A stretch of 63,260 nucleotides of DNA, counting the filler, from Hyphochytrium catenoides (taxonomy: Eukaryota; Protista; Hyphochytriomycota): assembly GCA_900088475.1 (NCBI GenBank). It is 7 parts of 7 records of this genome, joined end to end, with 100 filler letters (N's around TTAATTAATTAA, not from the genome) between each part and the next. Parts side by side here need not be neighbours in the genome. Positions count along the whole stretch, not along the records: positions 37,599 to 52,966 come from FLMG01002886.1; positions 53,067 to 56,392 come from FLMG01003563.1; positions 56,493 to 62,076 come from FLMG01001041.1; 4 more parts are not named here. The stretch is one strand, 5' to 3'. Every line of letters begins with the position of its first letter. The first letter of the stretch is position 1. The position numbers and the translations under genes were made by a program. Shown here piece after piece: positions 50,329-62,076 of this stretch. The notes beneath the pieces were generated by a model. It was not told where the DNA came from. It searched no databases and saw nothing but the letters and a program-made list of their open reading frames with translations.

Positions 50329-51204
50329 TCAAGCACAGGCAGCCAGATTCGCATCCGCACAGCCCACTACAAGGCAGGTTTCCGAATGAATGTCTGCCTC
50401 TGTACAAAGCAGCTGCCGCCCGCAGAGATTGCACTTCACCTTCAGCTGACTTGACTCCTCTATTTCCTCCTGGCTTCCGTTGCCATCTGCCTTCCCCCTT
50501 CTCCAAGCCGCTACAAGCTCCGTCAACTCCTTCACCAGCGCACTTTGGGGGGCGTATGGGAAGGAGACATTCAGTGTATAGAGCAGGAATTCAGCTTCCT
50601 CCTCCAACCGCTCTCTTGGTACATTGTGTAGGGCGACGACAAGCTCATTCAGAGATGTAAAGCAGAAGCGCCGAGTGCAAAGATGGCACTGCGAGACAGT
50701 CTTCATCCGCACTTCCCCACTCTTTCTATGCACGTCACAGCGCAGCGCTTCCACAATTGCCATAGAAAGGTTGCTGCGAAAGCGGAGAGGGCGGAAGAGT
50801 GGTGCAAACTTTTCCTTAGGTCTCAGGAGCTTATAGCATGCCATCTCAGTCGTGACCCAGATGCCCTTAGTGTAGCTGCAGCCAAAGTCAATGAACCAGT
50901 CTAGCACTTCCAGTCTCACTCTGCGAACAGCAGACGAGCTCTTGGTAATGTTGATCAAGTTCCCGACTACAAAGATCTTCCTTTCTGGATGTTGCTGGCT
51001 AAACGCTGAAGAATTGAAGGAAGACGACGACCGAGAACGCTTGCGTCCTTCTTCCCTATGAACTTCAATGATTTTAAAGTCTACGATGTGTCTGAACGTT
51101 GCAGGCATGGATGGCTTCGGCACTTCAGGATGCTGCTTCGTATTCCACTCACTGGCATGAGCTGGAGGCTCGTTAGACGACTTCCTCTTGGTGCTAAAAA
51201 GCAT
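50329..51204 (-). CDS. Stand-alone DNMT1-type RFTS (replication foci targeting) domain with a C-terminal UBZ4-like CCHC zinc finger
   Basis: RHIVDFKII..IFVVGNL..VLDWFIDFG..IWVTTEMACYKLLRPKEKFAPLF..LSMAIVEAL (50743-51096); CNLCGRQLLCTEADIHSETC = C-x2-C-x11-H-x3-C (50374-50433). First ATG at 51204, about 291 aa. Confidence 0.72.
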   Translation of the reverse strand: MLFSTKRKSSNEPPAHASEWNTKQHPEVPKPSMPATFRHIVDFKIIEVHREEGRKRSRSSSSFNSSAFSQQHPERKIFVVGNLINITKSSSAVRRVRLEVLDWFIDFGCSYTKGIWVTTEMACYKLLRPKEKFAPLFRPLRFRSNLSMAIVEALRCDVHRKSGEVRMKTVSQCHLCTRRFCFTSLNELVVALHNVPRERLEEEAEFLLYTLNVSFPYAPQSALVKELTELVAAWRRGKADGNGSQEEIEESSQLKVKCNLCGRQLLCTEADIHSETCLVVGCADANLAACA

Positions 51205-52124
51205 CCTTCTCTCTTCTAATGTGCAACGCGAGGGCTTCCAGGAGGGTTGATGATGCTTGTGAAGAAAAAAAGCGAATGAATGTACCACGTCCCAGTGGCT
51301 TGAGTCCCAGCCACCCGGAACGAGAAAATATGAGTCTATCCAAAAAAGGGGAGTCAAATGATCTTCGGTGAGCAGAGAGAGCCAGATCAAGAGTCTGCCT
51401 GCCCTAGAAAATTTGCATTAGCGATGTCGGAGGCCAATCCTGTCTCGAGGTTTTTATATTTAGCGCTACCAAGTTGCGGCACCGCAAGCGTCGTTGAGCC
51501 ACACCTGCTGCAGGCAAACACTGATCTTGCCGGGGCTCTTCAAACAAAGCCCAGTGGCCTCTCGTGCCGTGAGGAGTTATATGTACCAATAATACTGGGG
51601 TTTGGCGTTAGGTCCGTCTTTCTTCTTTCTTTTTTCTTACTACTCGTACACTGTGGCTGCGTGGCTGTCCTTCTCTTCTTTTCTCTTCTCTTCTATGTAA
51701 ACGTGAGAGCGACAGACTAGAAGGGCAGTCACTGGCTAGTTTGCATTGTCCTCCACATTCCTCTTGCACGTCCCACCGGCCTTCTGTGGGAGGGCCAGAC
51801 TTATTATACAAAGGGAAGCAAAGCTCCGAGACCGCTCAGCCAAAGGACGGACTTCCCTCTCCTTCTCCCTCCTCCGTCGCGCTCCATTTTCCCCACTCTC
51901 CTCTCGCTCTCTCTCTCCATATCACGGAAGAGTTGGTGAGGAAAGCCAAGAGTCGCCATCACTTCAGCAGAAAGACGTTCAAAACTCTTGTAGTAGAACT
52001 TTGCCAGCAGCCAGGAAGAAGGTGGCTCGTCTCTCGCTCTCCCTCATGATGAACCTGGTACTCTGGCTCGATGCCTCTTTTCAGCCCTCTATTTTGTCGT
52101 GAAATCTCTTGCTCTTGAAGCTTC

Positions 52125-52339
52125 TCTATCTATTCTCTCTTTCTTTCTCTCTCTCTCTCTCTTTCTGTCTCTCTCTCTCGTTCTCTCTCTCTCTTCTCTG
52201 CTCTCTCTCTCTCCCTTCTCCCCCTCATCCTGGCATGTCTGTTCCCTCACTCGCTTCTCTCTCTCTCTCTCTTCACTAAAAGCAATTACTCTGTCCTTCC
52301 AAATTCTCTCTCTGTCCTCTCTTGTCTGTCTGTGTCTCT

Positions 52340-52370
<31 letters not shown>

Positions 52371-52410
52371 NNNNNNNNNNNNNNNNNCTCTCTCTCTCTC
52401 TCTCTCACAA
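52125..52410. repeat. (CT)n microsatellite/low-complexity tract
   Basis: Long CT runs with a small internal N gap. Confidence 0.9.
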
Positions 52411-53066
52411 CTCAAGAAGTCTATGTTCACAGAGATGCCTGTCTGTTTGTACCAATGGTAACGGTCTGTAGCTCTGAAAGGTTGTGACCCTTCTCCTATT
52501 ATTACTACTTTCAAATCACAGTCTCCTAACTGTCGAGAGCACCGCCCATTACTATTGATGGAATGTCCACAGCCATTCCTCCCGAGATTGTCGCCTTCAT
52601 CAGCTGTTCAAGGCTTTACTAATAATAGAACTACATGTACTTTCAATGAAGACATACTTTGTCAATAGTTCGATTCCATAATTTCTTCCCGATTTCGCCG
52701 TAAAAAAGGCCCGATTTTAAAGGCAATGCATTTATTTGAGCCAAATGTGTGGTTGATTACTATCATTCGGTTATCATCAGTTTTGATTTAATAGCCGCTG
52801 CCAGCTACCCTCAACGGCTATTGATTCCCTCTGTCGTTTTGAATTGAGTTTTGGTGCAAGGAAGAACGGAAGCTTCTGATGATGCTCAGCAACACGGATC
52901 TCTCTCTCTCTTTTCCCTCTCTCCCTCCTTCCCCCCTCCCTCTCTCCCTCTCTCCCTCCCTCTCTCNNNNNNNNNNNNNNNNNNNNNNNNNNNNNNNNNN
53001 NNNNNNNNNNTTAATTAATTAANNNNNNNNNNNNNNNNNNNNNNNNNNNNNNNNNNNNNNNNNNNN

Positions 53067-55581
53067 CTCCACCGTGTTGGGCGTGGCGGACTGCACCATC
53101 TCCAGCTGTTTTTTCAGCTCTTCGATCTCTTTCTTATATTTCTGAATCAGCGCCTGGTTCTCGTCCCCAAGCTCGTTCACTATCGCCTTGTGACGGATAC
53201 GCTTGGCTCTGGGGAGTACAAGGACAGAGAGAGAGAGAGAGACAAACAGAGAGAGAGACAAACAGAGAGACCGAGAGGAGGAAAGGAGAGAGAGAAGAGG
53301 AGAAGGGTTAACCAGAAGACAGAGACAGCAGAGAGAGAGAGAGAAGAGGGATAAAGATGAGAGGGCAAGAAGGTGGGCAAAAAGCCTGGAGAAAGGGAGA
53401 GAAGAAAGAGAGAAGGGATAGGACAGCCCCCACGAGAAAGAAAAGAAGTGTAAGAGCGAGCGATCCAATGTCCAGGGACAGATAGCAGAGAAAGGAAGAA
53501 TGGGGGAGAAGGCACGTGCTAGGCCAGGAAAGAAAGACTCGGGAGTTGACCAAAGCAAGGGAAAGGCGCCTCTCCCGCTTGCTCTTTCCCTTCTTCTGCT
53601 TCTCTCTTACCTGCTGGCGAACTTAAGGGTGTTATGACTCTCTTCCATGCTCTCTCTTGACGGTGTGATCGTGCAAACCACTGCAATTTGCGCATTGCCT
53701 CCAAGTGACGGCTGGTTGTGGATGAGGAGAAGAGAGAAACGACGGGGAAAATGAGAAAGAGAAACAAAATCAAAGAGCACGAGAAAGCGGGATTGATTCC
53801 GATATGGGGTGACTCTTTTACTCTCTCCTCCTTGTCATCCTCTCGCTTTTGTCTATTTTGTCTATTTCTCTCTCTCTCTTTCTCTTTCTCGCTCTTCTCT
53901 GTCTCACACTCTCTGTTCCTCTCTTTGNNNNNNNNNNNNNNNNNNNNNNNNNNNNNNNNNNNNNNNNNNNNNNNNNNNNNNNNNNNNNNNNNNNNNNNNN
54001 NNNNNNNNNNNNNNNNNNNNNNNNNNNNNNNNNNNNNNNNNNNNNNNNNNNNNNNNNNNNNNNNNNNNNNNNNNNNNNNNNNNNNNNNNNNNNNNNNNNN
54101 NNNNNNNNNNNNNNNNNNNNNNNNNNNNNNNNNNNNNNNNNNNNNNNNNNNNNNNNNNNNNNNNNNNNNNNNNNNNNNNNNNNNNNNNNNNNNNNNNNNN
54201 NNNNNNNNNNNNNNNNNNNNNNNNNNNNNNNNNNNNNNNNNNNNNNNNNNNNNNNNNNNNNNNNTCCCGATATGGGGTGACGCTTTTACTCTCTCCTCTT
54301 TGTCATCCTCTCGCTTTTGTCTATTTTGTCTATTTCTCTCTCTCTCTTTCTCTTTCTCGCTCTTCTCTGTCCCACACTCTCTGTTCCTCTCTTTGAGTGT
54401 CTTTTTCCTTTCTGTATTCCTATCTCCTTCTCTCTATGTCTCTCCCTTTCTCTCTACTTTTCTTGCCTCCCTCAGACTCAATAAAACTATTCCTTGGCTC
54501 TCCAATGGTACGGACCTCTCTCTCTCTCTCTCTCAATCTCAATCTCTCTCTCTCTCTTTTTTTTTTCCCCTCCCATCTTACTTTCTCTCTCTACCCTCCT
54601 CTTCCCACCTGTAAGAGTCTCGTTAGCTTGGAGTCTCTGTAAGGAATGTGACCAACGCTTTCACTGTTCTCGCTCAGCTTCCAAATGATGTGGCTCAGAG
54701 TCAGAAGACTCTTGTTGATATAGCCACCCTCCTGGGAGAGAGAGAAAGAGAAAGAGAGAGAAAGAGAAAATGAGAAAGAGGAAGAGAGCGATGAAGAGAA
54801 AAAGAGGTAAGAAAGAATGAGTGAGGAGGGAAGAACGCGGGAGAGAGAGAAAAAGAAAGNNNNNNNNNNNNNNGCGAAGTTGGAGTGACAAAGAAGAAAG
54901 AAAGGTATATAGGCAACGAGGAAAAGCATAAGTCCGGAAGAGGGAGAAGAGGGAGTAGAGGGAGAAGAGAAAGAAGAGAAAACGGAGGGCGCACAGGCAG
55001 CCACAGAAGAGAGTCACCGATAGAGGCAGTGAAAGTGAAGTACGTCAGAAGACGAAGGAGGATGTCAACTCTCTCGGAGTGGGGTCCCCAAGAGGAGGTC
55101 TCCAGGAAAGATAGAGACAGAGAGAGAGAGGGACAAGGAAAGGGAAGAGCAAGAAAGAGAGACAGATAGAGACAGATGCAGAGAGAGAGAGAGGGACAAG
55201 GGAAGGGAAGAGCAAGAAAGAGAGACAGATAGAGACAGATGCAGAGAGAGAGAGAGAAAAGAGAGAGAGAAGAGAGACAGACAGACAGACAGATGCAGAG
55301 AAACAGAGAGGAGAGAAAGAGACCTGACGATATCTGAGGAGATCACGCGGACTCAGAGAGAGAGAAAGGACGAGAAAGGGCGCAGGAAGAAAGGAACCTA
55401 CCTGTCTTCTCTGCCCAGTGGCGTTGGTCAGACGAACGCTCTCACTTCCTGCAAGATCCACCTAGCCCCAGATAAAATGACAGTGTGAGAGAGAGAGAGA
55501 GGGAGAGAGGGAGGGAGAGAGACAGAGAGAGAGAGAGAGAGACAGACAGAGAGAGAGAGAGAGACAGAGAGAGAGAAAGAG

Positions 55582-55628
<47 letters not shown>

Positions 55629-56392
55629 GAGAGACAGAGAGAGAGAGACAGAGAGAGACAGAGAGAGACTGAAGAGAAGGGAAGGGAAGAAATGGGGAAA
55701 GGAAAAAGAGACAGACAGAGGCTCAAGGAGGCAAGTGGATGGCTAACTGGATGGTGGCGTAGGGAGAGAAAGGAAGAGTGAATGACAGAGAAAAGGAAGA
55801 GAGAATAAATTCACTCACGAAGAAAAAGAAATGCAATCGATGGGGGAGGGGGAGAGAGAGACTCACTACGAAAGAAAAAGAAGAGAATCATCCTTACCAG
55901 ACTAAGAGTAGAGACTCTGATTGGACTGTTAGAGCCGTCAGCACACTTCAGCTTACTCTCAATCACCTGTTCAAAGAGGATAAAAGGAGAGAGAGAGAGA
56001 AAGAGAGAGGGAGAAACGGAGACAGAGAGAGAAACAGAGACAGAGGGACAGAGAGAAACGGAGACCAAGAAAGAGAGAAAGCGGTTTCGGGGAGTGAGTC
56101 TCTTTCTCCAGTTGCGGGTAGATCTCACTACTCTTTACAGTAATGTTTCCATCTAATTCCCATCTTTCCCTTCCTCTCCATGTCCATTTCTCTCCTCCAT
56201 CTCTCTCTTTCTTCTTCTCTCTCTCTTTCCCCTCTCTCTCTCTCCTCTTCTCTGCCTCGTCAGCATTGCCTCAGCTCTTACCATTCTGAAGATTGTGTGC
56301 GACCGGGAGGAGAGAGCGTTCATTGTGGTCGATCCAACGTGTCTGTAAGCCTCTCCTGAGGAGATGAGAGCGAAGATCTGCTCCTCTGAGAT
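53067..56392 (-). CDS. Internal fragment of a kinesin motor protein, probably kinesin-7/CENP-E-like (both ends truncated)
   Basis: [21 protein letters not shown]|VIES..SL|VDLAGSE..|[26 protein letters not shown]|PSLGGNA..CTITP..TLKFASR|[18 protein letters not shown]. Confidence 0.92.
55486..55670. repeat. (GA)n microsatellite in a kinesin intron
   Basis: Nearly pure GA/GACA run. Confidence 0.9.
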
Positions 56393-56492
56393 NNNNNNNN
56401 NNNNNNNNNNNNNNNNNNNNNNNNNNNNNNNNNNNNTTAATTAATTAANNNNNNNNNNNNNNNNNNNNNNNNNNNNNNNNNNNNNNNNNNNN

Positions 56493-56712
56493 ATCCTGCG
56501 ACGGCGGTGCTGGAAGCAGAGGCAGGTCCATTGGTGCTTACAGCGCTGGCGCCAGCGGCCGCGGTAGTGGCCGATGTAGTGCCGAAAAGAAAGAGCGCTC
56601 TCTTCTGCTCTTGAGCGACGCCTCGGAGGTTGGTCTCGCCTGCGACGGTGGTGGCGCTAAGAAGGGCAGCGCAGCAGACGAGAAGAGCGGTGGCAGAGGA
56701 AATGATCTTCAT
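56493..56712 (-). CDS. N-terminus of a secreted Ala/Ser/Thr-rich protein (truncated at a linker)
   Basis: Signal peptide MKIISSATALLVCCAALLSATTVAG, then ETNLRGVAQEQKRALF and a low-complexity A/S/T stretch. Confidence 0.7.
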
Positions 56713-59520
56713 TTTGCTGGTGTGTGAAGGTTGATTTGCTGCGAAGTGGAGCTTGGGTCTTGGTAGTGGTAGCTGGTTGGCTGGGCCTGGGAAGTTTGAG
56801 AATGATTGAGATGGGATCTGGAGAGGCGTCTGACATTGGCGACGATGGCTCTTGCTTCTCCGTTATCTTTCTCCTCTCTCCTCTCTCCTTCCTCTCCCCG
56901 TATTCCAGGCTTTCAATCTTTCGGGATGGAGGCAGAAAAGAAGAGAAGGAGAAGAAGGCTCTTCTTTCGGCATTTGATCTTCTGGTTGTTTCTCTTCTCT
57001 CTCTTCTCTCGCTCTCCTCTCTCTTTTGTTGTCCCTCTCCTTCTCTCTCTCTCTTCCTCTCTCTCTCTCTCCTCTCTCTCTTCTCCAGAAAATATCAAAT
57101 GAAGAAGAAGGCAAAGGAAAATGTTCTTCCTCGCCAAGAAAACGTAGAAAGCGCAAGAAAAGAGTTCTATCTCCCACCACGCTCCTCTTCTTTGGGTCCT
57201 TTCTTGGCTCCTTTCTTGTCAGGATCCTCAGGAGAGTCGTATTATTGAAAAAAGAGAAGACAACGAGAGAGAGAGAGAGAGAGAGAGAAAGTTCTTCTAG
57301 GAATGTGGGAGAGAGGGCGAAGCGTATAAGAGGAGGCGAAAGAGAACAAGAGTAGCAGGGAGAGTGGGGGAAAGGGGACCGGCGAGCGAGAGAGACAGAG
57401 AAGAGAGCGTAAGAGCGCGCTTGAGAAAGAGAGACAAGCGAGGCAAGTGGTAGAGAAACGGACGAGAATATCAAAGGGAAGGAGCTTCTGTGTGTTGTTC
57501 TCTTACAGCGTCATCCTCTGAGAAAAACAGAGACTCTGAAGAAAGAAAGTGCAGATCTTTTCTCTTTCGTGCGATTGGTCCTTTCCTGCTGTGTTTGTTC
57601 TTCTCTCTGCCTCTCTCTGCCTCTCTCTGCCTCTCTCTCGCTCTAGCTCTCTCCCTTTCTTTCTCTCTCTCTCCTCTTTCTTTCTCTCTGTTTCTCTCTT
57701 TCCTGATCTCGCTTTTCGGAATGTCCTAGGACACGCCCTTCTCTTCGTCATCCTGCAACTCATTTTCTGCTTCTATTGAAGAACGGCAACCGGTTCTGGA
57801 GTCTACGTTCTGTCCTCGTTTCCTTTCCTCTCTCTCTCTCACTAGCCTGTCTACTAGTGATGCTCCGTGGTTCTACGTTCTTCCTTTCGCGAATTTCTCT
57901 GTTTCTCTCTCTCTTTCTGGCCGCCGCTCTGCTTCTCTGCTTCGATTCCTTTTGCTCTTTCTCGTCGGCTAGTTCTTATATAAGTAATAATCCCCTACCG
58001 TCAATTTTCCCTCAATAGTCTCAGAAAGAGGAACTTCCTAATAATAAGTGGAGAAAGAGAGAGAGCCGGAGCTAGAAAGGGAGAGAGTTGGTGGAAGCGG
58101 AAGAACCAGCCTCCACGAAGAAACGGTAGAAGGACCTACAGAAAGACAGAGTGAGGGAGAGACCAGAAAAGTTAGAGATTTCGTATAGAGAGCGAGCACG
58201 GAAGAGAGTGAGAGCGAGAGAGATAAAGTGAGGAAGAGAGTAATAAAAACCGAATTTGGGCAACCCATGTATTTTCTAAAAAGCTCTCAGTGTCATTCAG
58301 TCCAGAAGACCAAAAATTCTGGAAGAAGAAAAGATAGGGGAAAGCAAAGAAGAGAGAAGCCCACAGGAACAACAGGAAGGTGCTCACCTGCTGGTAATTC
58401 CTTGGTGATAATAAGACTGAATGCGTTCCCCCAGAACTCATAGCTTCCCTTTTTTTTGGGGTGGGAGTCTTGGTCGCATAGTTGCAGAATCTAATAATAA
58501 AATGATTGGTGGACATCAATAAAGGCAAGTGCCATTAGGGACCAGACTTTGGGTTGTCATTTTTAATAGGTGCCGCATGCTGGGAGCGAAGTCCTGACGT
58601 ATACTGTTCCCACGATGGTCCTAATTTTGTTCCTCTCCTTCTCCGCAACTAACGAGCGTTAGGGTGACCTTGACCCATCGTTAGAATTCTTTCATAATAA
58701 TAAGGCTCAAGGTGGTAGTTCTACCAGCTTGTTCATTCAAAACAGCGGAATACTGTTCACGCACGAGACAAGAATTTTGTGGAGATTCTAAACCTGTTAA
58801 TATTATTGCTATTCTAATTCCCTACAAGAAGGCGTGCAGGTTGTCAACGATTGCAGGGTACAGTAGAAGATGCGTGCATGGATGTCGGCGTCTAGTAACA
58901 ACAGCGGGGTGATGGGAGAGTTGTGCTTTGACTGCCATTTCTCACGGCTGGAGATTCAAATGGAGATCCAGGTGAACAACCTAGACCTTTGGCAGTTTAG
59001 GGCAAGCCAAGTTTGTAGAGCTACTGTTCCCATTTGCGATGATTTCTTGACAGATCGGTAGATGCAAATCGTCCCTCATTTGTCCATAATGTCCCTTATA
59101 TGATGTAACATTCGGGATGTACGAATACAATCGAGAAGTTCTCTTACAATCTCCGTTACCGGAAACCCAATCCAATGTCTGTAATACCATTGTGTGGAGA
59201 GGCGACAGATCGTCGGCTAGCTCTCTGTCATTAACTGGAGGCCCCATCAAACAACCCTGGAAGAGGTAACGCTAATTGGCTGCTCTACCATCGTAGTAAG
59301 GCACCTGTTGGAAGCTATCGTCGCTGACCTCTACTTCTTTGTTTGGTGTATCCGGCCAGATTAATCCAGTCATTTCCATTGTTGAGAATAACCTATCGAT
59401 TGACACTCCACCTTTGGAGACTTTTCACTTGAAAGAAGATCACAAGCACCTATTGAAGACTATGCTTTACGACAATAGTAACGCGAATCAAAAGCAGGAG
59501 ACTAAGCGTTTTGGGGGCTG

Positions 59521-60225
59521 ACAGCACCCTGGAAAGGTTATGGTGCCTCAGACCTGAGAGATGGCTGACCGATGAGGTACTTTGGCGACATTGTGTCTGG
59601 CAGCTCTCTCCGGTCTCTAGCTCTCTCCCGACTTATGCAAGATCGCTAACAAAATATGCTTCCCTTAACATCGGTGATGATAGACGCTGTCATGGGACTT
59701 CTACACCGAAGAGCGATAGAAGAGGAGGGAGACGGAGATATGCCCCTCATGAAGGAAGGGCGTAATCATGGTACACCTCAAAAAAGTAGTGTCATCTTCT
59801 CGTCCTCCCTTTTCTATACCAAGCTGACTCTAAGAAACAGATGGCTATGAATGCGTCAAAAGATGGCCGTCGGTCAGAAATGCACCACTCTTCTCCAACC
59901 ATGTTTCGTTGAAGGTTGTTAGGCCGTTGTATAATGGGAACGATCAATAGACCCTAGCATTTTCTATTGACTTCAGAAAACGGGCCATTCTTCTCTATTT
60001 TAATCGTCTGGGTTCCGACAGTAGCATGCAGTATAAAAGGCTCATTGGTTTCTTGAACTAGAGATGCATACAAGAGGGATAGGGCTAGAGCAGCATCGCC
60101 GAGATGGCTGCATGGAGACTGGTTCACGCAGTACCTAAAATGGCACCGGGCGGAACCAACTGCTATGACTGTGGAGTCTTCGTATGTATGAATCTGTACT
60201 ATTATGCAGGCCTACTTAACCAGGT
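59521..60225 (+). pseudogene. Decayed Ulp1/SENP (C48) cysteine protease
   Basis: CLRPERWLTDE|VMIDAVMGLL..SLFYTKL..(frameshift)GYECVKRW..NGNDQ*TLAFSIDF..NCYDCGVFVC. The catalytic HW reads CAA-TAG at 59945-59950, with more TAG stops near 60060-60090. Confidence 0.75.
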
Positions 60226-60411
60226 GAATCTTCGTATGTATGTATGGGTTAGGAGCACCCGAAGGAAAGACACCGCATGCGGGAGACAAGTAGCCCGTAA
60301 ACGAGCCTTCGACGGCTAGTCCAGGTCAGCGGAAGACAACAAGACCTTGGGAGACGCGAACAAACCGTGAGAAATAGTGCTGCTGCAGCTTAGTCTCTTA
60401 TCGTCGAGAGA

Positions 60412-62076
60412 TTAATTGAGAAAAGGGCAGAAGGCGTCGAGAAACTCATCGGCTAACGGTGGACAGTAAGCCTCGACGTCGTCAGGCATAGGCAGGAGCC
60501 GCTTGATCAGCTTGACCGAGACACCAACAGAGCCAAGGTAGGCCGGAATCGCCAAGCAAGCGGCAGACGCAAGGCCAAGGCCCTCACCAGGCGGACAGGT
60601 ATAATAGCGTGTTGCCAAAGCAGGCTCGGGACAGAAGATGGGAGACCCAATAAGCAAAACGGAAGCCACATAGACGGAGCTCGAACTGGGAACACAGAGA
60701 AAGCCAACTGAGAAGGAGGACAACCAAGCAGCAGATGGTCGATAGTGGCAAACCCAGGACACCTCGAAAGAGACAAACTTGGACGTGATGAGAAGAAGTG
60801 GACTCCAAACTGAGCTTCGCGTCTACTTCAGCTAGACGAGGGAAACAGAAGAGACATATGAGAACACAAACGAGAAAGAACCAGTGGGGACACCTAAGAC
60901 CTCCACGCCATTCGCACCCACTAGACGTGAAACCGCCGCAGGGAAAACTTGAAAGACGCGCAAGGTCCGTACTGGGCCACCACAGCTCGCATTTACCAAG
61001 GTTAAGCTCCAAGCCATGGTCTGGGCTGCGATCTTGCAGGATGGCAAGGGCCGCAACGATATCTTCAACTGACCGACCAAGAGTACCATCGTCAAGGTAC
61101 CACACGTAGAAGTCCAAGGAAGGAAAAGACGCACATGTCGGAGACAATGGGATGGAGAGCTAATGCGTATAGCGAAGGACCTAAAGGGTCGCCTTGCTGG
61201 ACACCGCAGCAACTTGCGAGCAGACCAAAGTCGTGGAATAGATTATAAGTGATCACCATCACCAGCCAGGATAGCTGAACGGTGTATGGAGTTGAAGCCC
61301 TTTAAAAAGTCAACCGTCAGCAAAGCCTTATCCTTGCTGTCGCCAAAGTCAGTAACGATCTTCCGGACAGCGTGAACGAAGCCCTCGGCACCCCCAGGGA
61401 CCGCAACACCCACCTGATGACGGGGTAAGAAGAGAGACACAGCCTGGGCTTTGAACTTTTCATAGCAGCTTCCGGCGACCAATCGACGGACAGTTCCTCC
61501 AACGGCAACGGGTCGAAGGCCGCTATCTTTCTTGGTCAAACCAAACAAAAGAGCGCCTGCGAGAAAAAAGGAGAGATCAGAAGGAGCCAGGCCTTGGCCA
61601 GGAGCGATAGTAGCGTGATGGAAGGGAAATGCCTAAGGCCTGATGGACGGATGGGCAAGGATGCAGAGTTCCTTGAGGTGTTGGGGTCGCAGCCGAGAGG
61701 GGCACCAACCGCTGAAGAGGAAGGAACGGTAGAGATCTTATTTAGCAGAGAGAGAAGGAAGAGAAAAAGAATCATTGTCCCCACCGATGGTAAAGGAACA
61801 GGCGGAGAAGAGAAAGGCAAGGCAGGAAGGGGAAGGGCAGCACCCTCGGGGTTTTGCTCTTGAGAATTGCAAGACTTTTCTCCGAGGGTCTAGCAATGCC
61901 CTCAGACACCATGGTAGCCGCCACAGCTTTAGCAAACAGGCCGTCTTGCGCCAGCTTGGACGCCGGCAGGACGTTTGGCAGTAGAGGGGGGTCCGGCGAA
62001 GCGGCTGGAATTGTCGCAGCAGATTGCGGGTTGGATGATAGGCGACGGTTGACAGGAGGCCCGCACTTCGTCCCAG
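60412..62076 (-). mobile_element. Degenerate non-LTR retrotransposon reverse transcriptase, CRE/SLACS-like
   Basis: LRPQHLKE, GLTKKDSGLRPVAVGGTVRRL, QVGVAVPGGAEGFVH, VDFLKGFNSIHR, GVQQGDPLGP, WYLDDGTL, GLELNLGKCELW and GLGL, spread over several frames. Confidence 0.88.

Noticed and set aside
53798-54395. About 130-bp direct repeat on both sides of an N gap
   Set aside because: Near-identical sequence flanking a scaffold gap is most simply unmerged contig overlap or haplotypes.
52089-58268. Many ORFs rich in SL/RE dipeptides
   Set aside because: They are translations of CT/GA microsatellites, not proteins.
59945-60090. Stop-codon reassignment (TAG read as sense)
   Set aside because: Intact genes here (C2/EF protein, CK1, MYB, CoA-transferase) terminate in TAG, and this region also has a frameshift and catalytic loss.
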